Shown: piece after piece, positions 15,628 to 24,506 of the stretch | Layout of the letters: each line of letters starts with the position of its first letter | Numbering within the stretch: the stretch's first letter is position 1 | Virus record (IMG/VR): IMGVR_UViG_3300017754_002221 | Span: 1 to 26,103 of that record | Source of the DNA: a virus | Lineage: Duplodnaviria > Caudoviricetes | DNA: 26,103 nucleotides | Direction: 5' to 3' (one strand) | Notes under the pieces: model-generated | What the model was told of the DNA's origin: nothing | The model's database searches: none | What the model saw: only the letters and a program-made list of their open reading frames with translations | Program-made: the position numbers and the translations under genes

Positions 15628-16937
15628 CAAGAGAAGATCTATTAGGTAAAGCAAGTAAAGACTTAATGTGGAAAGAGCCCTTCTTCGGGTTCTTTCTTAT
15701 TATGTTGAATAAAATTTGGACAAATAGAGTTCCTACTGCTGGTGTAAGTAAGAATGGTATTAATTACCAGTTAGCCATTAATGAAAATTTTTGGTGTGAT
15801 CTTACTGATGACTACAGGATAGGACTCTTGAAACATGAGCTATTGCATATTACAAACTTTCATCTAATGCAATATTTTAATTTTCCTGACAAAAGATTAG
15901 CAAACATTGCTATGGACATGGAAATTAATCAATATATTGAGAAAGGTTATCTTCCTAGTGATGAGATGACTAAAGATGAGTATGATTCAATAGTTGAAAA
16001 TGTAAAAGAAAAAGTAAAGAAAGGATTAGAAGATTGTACTCTAGATGAAAATCAGGCATCTCAACTAATGAAAACTATACCAGTACGTGGTATATTCATT
16101 GAAGACTATCCTGATTTGAATTTAGAGCTTAAAGCAGGTTCTAGATATTACTATGATAAACTCAAGGAAGCAAAAGATAAGAAAGATAAAACTGGTAGCT
16201 CTGGTGATGAAAATTTTGACCAGCTATGTGATCAGCTTGATTCTGGTGATTCTAGTGTTCCTGATCATAGTACTTGGGAAGAGTTTGAAAATCTACCTGA
16301 AGCAGAAAAGAAAATTATCCAACAACAGTTAGATAGAATTCTTTCTGAAGCTGCAGAACAAACTGCCAAAAAACGTGGAACAGTTCCTGGAAATATATCT
16401 GACTATTTAATAACTCTTGATAAACTTGAGAAAGCTAAGTTTAATTGGAGAGCTTATATTAGAAGATTTACAGGAGTCTCTACTAAAATCTTTACTAAAA
16501 AGATCCGGAGAAAAGAGAATAAAAGATATTCTGATAATCCAGGTCTGAAGATTAAAATGAGACAACATATGTTGCTGGCTATAGATACTTCAGGTTCTGT
16601 AAGTAATGATGAGCTTAAAGAGTTTATGAATGAGATTACCCATATAAATAAGTGTGGTGTTGACATCACTATTATTCAATGTGATACAAACATAAAATCT
16701 ATAGCACCTTTTAACCCAAGAGAAGAATTTAAAGTACATGGTAGAGGTGGGACTGAATTTGATCCCGTCCTTGAGTATTATAATGCTAACTTGAAAAAAT
16801 ACACAAGCTTAGTATATTTCACAGATGGAGAATGCTATACAGAAGTAAAGCCAAAAGCTCCAGTTCTGTGGGTGTTATCTGAAAGATCTAGTATGAATGA
16901 AAGCCTTCCAGGCAAAGTGATTAAACTTGAGTTATGA
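15624..16937 (+). CDS. DUF2201-type putative metallopeptidase + vWA domain protein
   Basis: HELLH zinc motif followed by NIAMDMEINQ; C-terminal MIDAS IDTSGS, GRGGT, FTDG. Confidence 0.88.
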   Translation: MTREDLLGKASKDLMWKEPFFGFFLIMLNKIWTNRVPTAGVSKNGINYQLAINENFWCDLTDDYRIGLLKHELLHITNFHLMQYFNFPDKRLANIAMDMEINQYIEKGYLPSDEMTKDEYDSIVENVKEKVKKGLEDCTLDENQASQLMKTIPVRGIFIEDYPDLNLELKAGSRYYYDKLKEAKDKKDKTGSSGDENFDQLCDQLDSGDSSVPDHSTWEEFENLPEAEKKIIQQQLDRILSEAAEQTAKKRGTVPGNISDYLITLDKLEKAKFNWRAYIRRFTGVSTKIFTKKIRRKENKRYSDNPGLKIKMRQHMLLAIDTSGSVSNDELKEFMNEITHINKCGVDITIIQCDTNIKSIAPFNPREEFKVHGRGGTEFDPVLEYYNANLKKYTSLVYFTDGECYTEVKPKAPVLWVLSERSSMNESLPGKVIKLEL

Positions 16938-17119
16938 TGCTTACAGTAGAATATTTAGTAAAGTTTATTACAGAAAAAGTAAAAGAACATCCTGAATTAA
17001 AAGAAGAAATAATGGATTTTTATTCATTATGTCTCAGTGAGATAGAGGATGGAGGTGCTGAATACCATGAAGTTGGTATGTGTATTAATGATATAGAAGA
17101 ATTAATTGAAGAAAAATAA
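16934..17119 (+). CDS. Small acidic helical protein
   Basis: 61-aa ORF between the vWA and AAA+ genes, with ATGA coupling. Confidence 0.65.
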   Translation: MMLTVEYLVKFITEKVKEHPELKEEIMDFYSLCLSEIEDGGAEYHEVGMCINDIEELIEEK

Positions 17120-17124
17120 AAACT

Positions 17125-18297
17125 ATGAGCCAAGTAAAATTAAACATTGATGAATTGAAAGACTTTTTAGGTCACATGATTAAGAATAATCAGCATATCC
17201 AAGCAAATGGTAAAATTCCTGTTGCTGTAAATATTGAAGCTGATGCTGGTGTTGGTAAGACATCATCTATTGGTCAAGTTGCAAAAGAGCTAGGATTAGA
17301 TTTTGTAAAGCTTAATCTAGCTCAGATAGAAGAATTAGGTGACTTAATTGGTTTTCCTGTTAAAGAGTTCTTGGTAAAAAATGCAGAAGGTAAAGAAAGA
17401 TGGATTGTAGAGCATCAGATTGCTGCTGCCCAAAGAGCAGGTTATGGAATTGTAGATAAGAGAATGTCTCACGCTGCTCCAGAATGGATTCAAGGTAAAA
17501 GTGAAGGTGGTATATTGTGTCTTGATGATTACACTAGATCTGAGCCAAGATTTATGCAAGCTACTATGGAGTTAATTGACAGACAAGAATATATCTCTTG
17601 GAGTCTTCCTAAGAACTGGCATATAGTTTTAACTACTAATCCAGACAACGGAGACTATAATGTAACTAGCTTAGATATTGCTCAGAAAACTAGATTTATT
17701 TCTGTTGAAGTAAAGTTTGATGAAAAAGTATGGGCTAAGTGGGCTGAGTCAGTTGGAATTGACGGTAGATGTATAAACTTTCTATTGATGAATCCAGAGA
17801 TAATTACAAGTTCTGTAAACCCTAGAGCAATTACTACTTTCTTTAACTCTATTAGTTCAATAGATAAGTTTGAGAGTGAGTTGCCTTTGATTCAGATGAT
17901 TGGTGAAGGTTCAGTAGGGTCAGAAGTGGCATCACTGTTCTCAATGTTTATCAATAACAACTTGGATAAAATTATTTCTCCTGAAGATATAATGAATAAT
18001 CCTAATGAGGCATATGTTATTGGAGCATTGAATAGTTCTGTAGGGTCAGGTGATAGCTTTAGAGCAGATATCTCTAGTGTAATTGCTACTCGTTTGATAA
18101 ACCACTGTCTTATTCATGCTGAGAAAAGTCCAGTAACTGATCTAATGGTTAATAGACTTACAAAGCTTGTAACAGACTGTAGTTCATTCAGTGATGACTT
18201 GAAATATTACATGGTTAAAGAAATTGTAAACGGTAATAAAGTCAAGTGGTCTAAGCTGATGTTAAACCCGCAGGTAGTCAAGATGACTGTCAAATAA
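17125..18297 (+). CDS. MoxR/CbbQ-like AAA+ ATPase
   Basis: Walker A DAGVGKTS, GDLIGFP, Walker B ILCLDD, LTTNP sensor, LDIAQKTRF Arg finger, NPR; adjacent to a vWA gene. Confidence 0.88.
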   Translation: MSQVKLNIDELKDFLGHMIKNNQHIQANGKIPVAVNIEADAGVGKTSSIGQVAKELGLDFVKLNLAQIEELGDLIGFPVKEFLVKNAEGKERWIVEHQIAAAQRAGYGIVDKRMSHAAPEWIQGKSEGGILCLDDYTRSEPRFMQATMELIDRQEYISWSLPKNWHIVLTTNPDNGDYNVTSLDIAQKTRFISVEVKFDEKVWAKWAESVGIDGRCINFLLMNPEIITSSVNPRAITTFFNSISSIDKFESELPLIQMIGEGSVGSEVASLFSMFINNNLDKIISPEDIMNNPNEAYVIGALNSSVGSGDSFRADISSVIATRLINHCLIHAEKSPVTDLMVNRLTKLVTDCSSFSDDLKYYMVKEIVNGNKVKWSKLMLNPQVVKMTVK

Positions 18298-18352
18298 AAC
18301 AATGGTAAAACAGTTCCCCATTAAACGGAGCATAACCTTAAATTAAAACAAT

Positions 18353-18384
18353 GATAGGGCGGTAATTAAGCTGCCCTATCTTTT
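18353..18384 (+). terminator. Intrinsic terminator
   Basis: GATAGGGCGGT-AATTAA-GCTGCCCTATC followed by TTTT. Confidence 0.75.
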
Positions 18385-18397
18385 AAAATTTATTAGT

Positions 18398-19540
18398 ATG
18401 TTAAAAATGCTTTTAAGAATTGATCTTAGTGATCAAGGTAGTTTTTTTTCTACAGAAAATGTAAGAGATTTGAAGTTAGAGGCTTCAATAAAAGTACTAT
18501 ACGGTACAACTGATTATACTAGTTCTACTAAGAATTTATTTCCTAATATGATTACTAGCTATACTCCAACTCAAAATGATACATTCTTTTTTGCTCCTGG
18601 AGTTGTAATCCCAAGAGTAAAGTTAAAGGACATCTATACTACTCATGGTATTAAAAGTGTACGTAATCCATCTTCAGCTAATAGAATATTTGTTGGTGCA
18701 AAGACAATGGATAAATTATTAGATACTCAATGGTTTTATTTATGTGAAACCAAAAGTTTTTTAGATTTTATAACTTACTATTATGAATCAGGTAATTTAG
18801 ATGAATATGATTATAATAAATTAAAAGATGCTCTTGAATTTTATACAGAGGCACACGTATTATGTACAAGTTTTACAACAGGTAGAATATTACAGAATCA
18901 AAGATTACCTTATCAAGTACATACTGATTGTATTAGTGGATATAATAGAAGTGTTAGTTTACTAGATGAAGAGCATCAAGAACTATATGAGTATATTAAA
19001 GATCTAGTAGTTTATGATGAGACAAGCTTAGCACCTTATATAAATGGTCCAGATGCAATAGTAATTGATGCTCAGGTAAAAGAAACTCTTGCTAGTATGT
19101 TAGGAAGTTCAGACAATGAGAACTGGACTGTTGCTATGGAGATTATGGCAAATTGTAACTATGAGGAAAGTTTATTGTATCTAGTAGATTTACTATATGA
19201 TTACGGTAGTAGAATTGAAACAATGCCTTCTAAAAATCATGTCAATTTCAAAACTCTTGCTACTTATTTAGGCTTGAGAACCAATGATTTAGATATCAAT
19301 AAAGATGAAGCTATCAAAATACTTATTGATAAAAATGCTGTTACTTCTTTTAATATGCAACACTTTTTAGATAAGTTTAAAAAAGATGTTACTTATAGTA
19401 AGTATTTTACTGTTAAGGCTGTCACATATACAGAAGAGATAGATAAGTTATTGAAAGAAGAATTGATTTCAACTATTAAAGAAGATTACAAACCAGAACC
19501 AGAATCAGAATATGGCATTGACAACAACATCTTTAATTGA
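18398..19540 (+). CDS. Hypothetical protein with a BRCT-like segment and the shared MxxSxDxEN motif
   Basis: FFAPGVVIPRVKLK...GIKSVRNPSSANRIFVG is BRCT-like by pattern. Contains ETLASMLGSSDNENWTVA. Confidence 0.7.
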   Translation: MLKMLLRIDLSDQGSFFSTENVRDLKLEASIKVLYGTTDYTSSTKNLFPNMITSYTPTQNDTFFFAPGVVIPRVKLKDIYTTHGIKSVRNPSSANRIFVGAKTMDKLLDTQWFYLCETKSFLDFITYYYESGNLDEYDYNKLKDALEFYTEAHVLCTSFTTGRILQNQRLPYQVHTDCISGYNRSVSLLDEEHQELYEYIKDLVVYDETSLAPYINGPDAIVIDAQVKETLASMLGSSDNENWTVAMEIMANCNYEESLLYLVDLLYDYGSRIETMPSKNHVNFKTLATYLGLRTNDLDINKDEAIKILIDKNAVTSFNMQHFLDKFKKDVTYSKYFTVKAVTYTEEIDKLLKEELISTIKEDYKPEPESEYGIDNNIFN

Positions 19541-20537
19541 ATCTGAAGAGATTCAGAGATTCTATAGTGAGAAATTTTATTTCAGCTATAGCAGTATTAA
19601 TAAACTAATGTTTTCTCCTAGATTTTTTTATAATCATTATATATTAAATCAAAGAGAGGACAGTGTTGATGCACATTTGGTAGCAGGTAGAGCAACTCAT
19701 TGCTTATTATTAGAGCCAGAAAGATTTGATGATGAATTCATTGAGCTTCCTGGTAAGATTCCTACAGATAGTAATAGAGTTATTATTGATCACATCTTTA
19801 ATACTCATTACTTACCTATGCAAAATGATGCTGTTACATTAGAAGATTTTCCAAATGAGATTATTGGGCAGTTACTTGTAAATAATCTTTATCAAAGTCT
19901 TAAAACAGATACTCAAAGAGTAGATAAGATTCTTACTGATAATAACAAAGAATATTTTGAGTTCTTGAAGAAGAAACAGGGGAAGACTATTATTGACTCT
20001 AATATAAAACAACAAGCTCAAACTGTTGTAGACTTGTTGAAAGCTGATGAGAAAGTCTCTGCTTTACTGCAACTAGGCCATGATAATAGTATGGGTGTTA
20101 CAGTGTATAATGAGCTTGCTCTCAAGATTGATTTAGATGAATATGATTTTGGGTTCAAAGGATTTTTGGATAATGTTGTTGTAGATGAAAATATCAAAAC
20201 AATATTTATCAATGACCTTAAACTAACCGGCAAGTTGATTCAAGATTTTCCTGAATCTGTTAAGTATTATAGATATGATATCCAAGCTAGTATTTATGCG
20301 GGCATGGCTTATCAAAAATTTATTGCTGATAGAGGGGATGCAGCTGAATGGAAGATAGTATTCACATTTGTAGTAGTAGACAAATACAATCAAATCTATC
20401 CATTTCAAGTTTCTGCAGAAACATTAACCATGTGGGAGACAGATTTCTATGGTGTTGTCACTAAAGTTGACTACCATTATCGGCACAGAGATTATGGTTT
20501 ACCGTATGAGTTAGCAATTGGTAATGTAAAATTGTAA
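19512..20537 (+). CDS. PD-(D/E)XK exonuclease (RecE/ExoVIII, DUF3799-like)
   Basis: SYSSINKL, GRATHCLLLEP, KGFLD, NDLK, YRYDIQASIY. Confidence 0.85.
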   Translation: MALTTTSLIESEEIQRFYSEKFYFSYSSINKLMFSPRFFYNHYILNQREDSVDAHLVAGRATHCLLLEPERFDDEFIELPGKIPTDSNRVIIDHIFNTHYLPMQNDAVTLEDFPNEIIGQLLVNNLYQSLKTDTQRVDKILTDNNKEYFEFLKKKQGKTIIDSNIKQQAQTVVDLLKADEKVSALLQLGHDNSMGVTVYNELALKIDLDEYDFGFKGFLDNVVVDENIKTIFINDLKLTGKLIQDFPESVKYYRYDIQASIYAGMAYQKFIADRGDAAEWKIVFTFVVVDKYNQIYPFQVSAETLTMWETDFYGVVTKVDYHYRHRDYGLPYELAIGNVKL

Positions 20538-20541
20538 TCAT

Positions 20542-21108
20542 ATGGCAATAGATGCGCTTTATAAAAGCTATTTTCAAAAATCCAAGGTATTATTATATCC
20601 GCTCCTTGGAATCAAAAGAGGTGCAATAGCAATTCCTGAACAGACTTATTTGTCTTGGGATGGGTTCTATAAAACCGAGGATATAAAATTAATTGCAGTT
20701 TATCCAGCAAGAACAGATGTTGAGTATTTGAAGTTTGAGAGTAAAGTCTTACTTAATCACAATAGAGTATGTGATTTTGTTAAGCTTGATGAAAACCAAA
20801 ATATATTCACATTTGATTTATCTGATTTAAAATCTGATTGGGATAAATTCATGGAAGGTAAGTACAGTCAAATGAATGAAGATTTAAGGCGCAAAATCAG
20901 AGATCATTTTGATAAGAATACTAGTACTTATGTCTATGTAGACAGTTATCTTTTTCCTGAGAAATATTTTTCATTATATGCAGACTTATTAGGAGCAGAT
21001 GAAATTTTATTAAGGGAAGTTGGTGAGCTATGCAGTAAACCAGACCTAGATAGAGAAAACTTATTTGCCACAGTAGTGGATTTGGAAAACAAAAAAATTC
21101 TAGGTTAA
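20542..21108 (+). CDS. Hypothetical protein
   Basis: 188-aa ORF following the exonuclease. Confidence 0.75.
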   Translation: MAIDALYKSYFQKSKVLLYPLLGIKRGAIAIPEQTYLSWDGFYKTEDIKLIAVYPARTDVEYLKFESKVLLNHNRVCDFVKLDENQNIFTFDLSDLKSDWDKFMEGKYSQMNEDLRRKIRDHFDKNTSTYVYVDSYLFPEKYFSLYADLLGADEILLREVGELCSKPDLDRENLFATVVDLENKKILG

Positions 21109-21112
21109 TTTG
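21081..21112 (+). promoter_or_regulatory. Bacteroidota-type promoter
   Basis: TTTG(21081-21084)-N20-TTAATTTG(21105-21112), one mismatch to consensus, upstream of ATG 21139. Confidence 0.5.
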
Positions 21113-21138
21113 TAAAACAATATTTAAAAACCAACATT

Positions 21139-21519
21139 ATGAATTACACAGTTGGAAGCAACATGCTTCTTATAAAATCTACATGGAATGAGGGAGAAAC
21201 ATTTAGATTATTACCCTTATCAAGTGAATGCCCTTATGTAGAATGCATATGGGATCCAGGAACAAAAGTCTTTGTTATCATTAGCCGTATAAGTAAAACA
21301 ACTTTACATATGCTACCTAAGCTAGATGATAATGGTGACCCAGCTCCATTAAAAACTAAAAGAGCAAATGGAAGACTTGTCAAAGAAGAAAGAAAAACAA
21401 TTGAAACTTTTCAGGAATTCTATGTTGAGGATCTAGATGCTATTGAATCTATAGTAGATTTATTTGCAGTTAATGCTGATAAATTTGACTATAAAGCATT
21501 CATGCAAGATAAAAAGTAA
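21139..21519 (+). CDS. Hypothetical protein, probably its own transcription unit
   Basis: 126-aa ORF between a promoter-like site and a terminator. Confidence 0.75.
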   Translation: MNYTVGSNMLLIKSTWNEGETFRLLPLSSECPYVECIWDPGTKVFVIISRISKTTLHMLPKLDDNGDPAPLKTKRANGRLVKEERKTIETFQEFYVEDLDAIESIVDLFAVNADKFDYKAFMQDKK

Positions 21520-21543
21520 TCTACTACTACTTTTTGATTTAAT

Positions 21544-21571
21544 AGGGAGGTGTAACAGCCTCCCTTTTTTT
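21544..21571 (+). terminator. Intrinsic terminator
   Basis: AGGGAGG-TGTAACAG-CCTCCCT followed by a T-run. Confidence 0.8.
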
Positions 21572-21582
21572 AACCTAATTAT

Positions 21583-21891
21583 ATGGAACAGGAGAATGTG
21601 TTAATTGCAGACATGGAACATACATTTGTTGAGTGTCTTGATACTGCAAAAAAGAAAAACCATGACTATGGAGCTGGAATAAAGGATCCATATGCTAACT
21701 TTAGGAACTCAACAGTTGCTGGAGTGTCTGTAGAAAGAGGAATACTTGTCCGCATGATGGATAAAGTCTCTAGAATTTCTACACTAATTGATAAAGAATC
21801 TCAGGTTAAAGATGAATCTATTCAGGATACACTTATGGATCTTATTAATTATACAGCAATTTTGAAATCCTATATCAAAAACAAAGATTAA
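21583..21891 (+). CDS. DUF1599 / nucleotide-modification-associated all-alpha protein
   Basis: KKNHDYG, DPYANF, VRMMDKVSRI, ESIQDTLMDLINY. Confidence 0.8.
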   Translation: MEQENVLIADMEHTFVECLDTAKKKNHDYGAGIKDPYANFRNSTVAGVSVERGILVRMMDKVSRISTLIDKESQVKDESIQDTLMDLINYTAILKSYIKNKD

Positions 21892-21906
21892 TTATGGCAA
21901 CACTAG

Positions 21907-21942
21907 TTTTATAGTCAAAATTTATTATATTTGACTATAAAA
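21907..21942 (+). promoter_or_regulatory. Perfect 13-bp inverted repeat overlapping a TATATTTG promoter element
   Basis: TTTTATAGTCAAA(21907-21919)-10 nt-TTTGACTATAAAA(21930-21942); TATATTTG at 21926-21933; ATG at 21949. Confidence 0.7.
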
Positions 21943-21948
21943 AAGCTT

Positions 21949-22515
21949 ATGGAAACTTTAATATGTACTAAGTGCGGTAATGAAAAATCAATTACTGAGT
22001 TTAGAAGAGACCAACACAATCCTACAGGTTATCATACTCATTGTAGAACATGTTTTAACATATCTCAAAAAGAATACAGAGAGAAAAATAAAGAACATGT
22101 TAATAATTATGCAAAAAATTACTATAAAGAGAATGCTGAAAGGATAAAAGCTATGCGTAAACTCAGAAAAGAAGGTAAACCAACTGTTGAACTTCATTCT
22201 AAAAAATCTTTTGACTCTCACTCTTATAATACAAGAAGCGGTTGGAAAAAAAGAAAAGAATTGTCCTGGAAACAAAGAGGAATGGTTGATATGACATATG
22301 ACTTATATGAACAAATGCTAATAAATCAGAATAATAAATGTGCTATATGTAATATTGAACATTCTGATACTAAAAAGTTACATGTTGATCACTGTCATAA
22401 AACTGGTAAAGTAAGGGGTTTACTTTGTAATAATTGTAATAATGGCATGGGTAAATTAGGAGACTCTATTGAAAGATTAGAGATAGTTATTGATTATTTA
22501 AAACAACATATATGA
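21949..22515 (+). CDS. Endonuclease VII-family (His-Me finger) free-standing endonuclease
   Basis: QNNKCAIC...LHVDHCHKTGKVRGLLCNNCN; N-terminal CxxC...CxxC finger and basic helix. Start reassigned to ATG 21949. Confidence 0.88.
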   Translation: METLICTKCGNEKSITEFRRDQHNPTGYHTHCRTCFNISQKEYREKNKEHVNNYAKNYYKENAERIKAMRKLRKEGKPTVELHSKKSFDSHSYNTRSGWKKRKELSWKQRGMVDMTYDLYEQMLINQNNKCAICNIEHSDTKKLHVDHCHKTGKVRGLLCNNCNNGMGKLGDSIERLEIVIDYLKQHI

Positions 22516-24506
22516 GTCGTTCCCATTATGTCATGGATTATGAAACACTTTCCAATTGCTTTATTGCTTGCTTTGAGAGTGTAAGTAGTGATACTAAAGA
22601 AGTATTTGTAGTCCATGATCTCAAGAATGATATTGTAGAGTTAGTAGAGTTCTTAAATAGAAATATAGACCTAGATGAATGGCATGTAAGCTTTAACGGT
22701 TTAGGTTTTGATAGTCAGATTACAGAACATATATTAAGAAATCAATATCAGTTATGTGAGATGTCTGGTTCTGATATTGCTAGATGGATTTATGATAAAG
22801 CACAGGATATAATTCAAAGACAAAATGAGGAAAGATTCTTAGAATTCAATCCTTGGGATATACAAATTAACCAGGTGGATGTATTCAAACTTAACCACTG
22901 GGATAATCCTGCTAAAAGATCAAGCCTCAAATGGATTCAGTATACAATGGATTGGCCCAACATTGTTGATATGCCAATACACCATAGTAGTGAGATAAAA
23001 ACATTAGAGGAAATCCAGCAAGTAATTTACTATTGTCAAAATGATGTTAGCTCTACTAAAAAGATTATGCAGCTTAGTAAAAGTCAAATACAACTGCGTA
23101 AGACTTTAACAGATGAGTATAACATAAATCTATTTAGTGCTTCTGAAACTAAAATTTCTAAAGATTTATTTCTCCATTTCTTGAGCCAGAAGATGGGTCA
23201 GAAGAAATCTGAAATAAAACAGCTTAGAACTAGAAGGGAAGAGATACATGTAAAGGAAATCATACTAGATTATGTAAGTTTCAAATCTGCTACCTTTCAG
23301 AAATTACTTAGTAAGTTCAAAGATATAATTGTATATCCTGATCAAACTAAAGGTGGCTTTAAATATTCTATACAGTATCACGGAGTAAAAACAGATTTTG
23401 GTTTAGGCGGTATTCATGGTGCCAGACAATCCGGAATATATAGCTCAAATGAAGATATGATCATTATGACATCAGATGTTGTAAGTTTCTATCCAAACTT
23501 GGCTATTAGGAATAAATGGTCTCCAGCACATCTATCTAAAGAAGATTTCTGTGAGCAGTATGAATGGTTCTTTACAGAGAGAAGAAAGATTAGTAAGAAG
23601 GATGTTAGAAATTATGTATACAAGATCATATTGAATTCAACCTATGGTCTCAGCAATGATGAAAATAGTTTTCTATATGATCCGGAGTTTACCATGAGAA
23701 TCACTCTTAATGGTCAGCTTAGTCTGGCTATGTTATATGAGATGATTACAGAAGGTATTCCTGGTTCTATACCACTTATGCAAAATACAGATGGTTTAGA
23801 AACTATGATTCCTAGGGGTTATGAGCAAAAGTATTATGATATATGTAAAGAATGGGAAGAACTTACCAATCTTGAACTAGAGCATGATACATATGAGAAG
23901 ATGATTATTGGAGATGTTAATAACTATATAGCGGTTAATACTGCTAAGACAGTTAATTTTGATACAATCTTGGGAGTAAGAAATGAGAATCCTCATTATC
24001 CCACAAGAAAAATATCTCCAGATGTATATGAATATAATGCTGTAAAATGTAAAGGTAGATTTGAGTTTACTGGTTTAGCTCTTCATAAGAACAAGAGCTT
24101 CCTAGTAATACCTAAAGCTATCTTCTATTATTTTGTACATGGTACAGATCCAAAAGAGTTTCTAGAAAAACAAACAAATATATTTGATTTCTGCGGGGGT
24201 AAGAAGATAAAGGGGGATTGGGAATTTATAAAGGAATCAGTTGTAAATGGTACTCACAAAAAAGAAACTCTTCAAAAAACAATCAGATATTACGTTTCAA
24301 ACAAAGGATCTAAGATTATCAAGTATAATTATTTAGACAGGAGAGTAACTCAGATAGAAGCTGGCAAATGGTTACAGACTCTGTTTATTGATTATGTAGA
24401 AAAAGACATGGCTGATTATGATTTGAACTATGATTATTATTTAGAAAAGATTATGAAAGAGATACATAATCTTGAACCAGTTAAAAACCAATTAAGTTTA
24501 TTCTGA
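22512..24506 (+). CDS. polB: Family B DNA polymerase with 3'-5' exonuclease
   Basis: ExoI DYE, ExoII FNGLGFD, ExoIII YCQND; motif A DVVSFYPN, B KIILNSTYG, C NTDG. Confidence 0.95.
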   Translation: MSRSHYVMDYETLSNCFIACFESVSSDTKEVFVVHDLKNDIVELVEFLNRNIDLDEWHVSFNGLGFDSQITEHILRNQYQLCEMSGSDIARWIYDKAQDIIQRQNEERFLEFNPWDIQINQVDVFKLNHWDNPAKRSSLKWIQYTMDWPNIVDMPIHHSSEIKTLEEIQQVIYYCQNDVSSTKKIMQLSKSQIQLRKTLTDEYNINLFSASETKISKDLFLHFLSQKMGQKKSEIKQLRTRREEIHVKEIILDYVSFKSATFQKLLSKFKDIIVYPDQTKGGFKYSIQYHGVKTDFGLGGIHGARQSGIYSSNEDMIIMTSDVVSFYPNLAIRNKWSPAHLSKEDFCEQYEWFFTERRKISKKDVRNYVYKIILNSTYGLSNDENSFLYDPEFTMRITLNGQLSLAMLYEMITEGIPGSIPLMQNTDGLETMIPRGYEQKYYDICKEWEELTNLELEHDTYEKMIIGDVNNYIAVNTAKTVNFDTILGVRNENPHYPTRKISPDVYEYNAVKCKGRFEFTGLALHKNKSFLVIPKAIFYYFVHGTDPKEFLEKQTNIFDFCGGKKIKGDWEFIKESVVNGTHKKETLQKTIRYYVSNKGSKIIKYNYLDRRVTQIEAGKWLQTLFIDYVEKDMADYDLNYDYYLEKIMKEIHNLEPVKNQLSLF

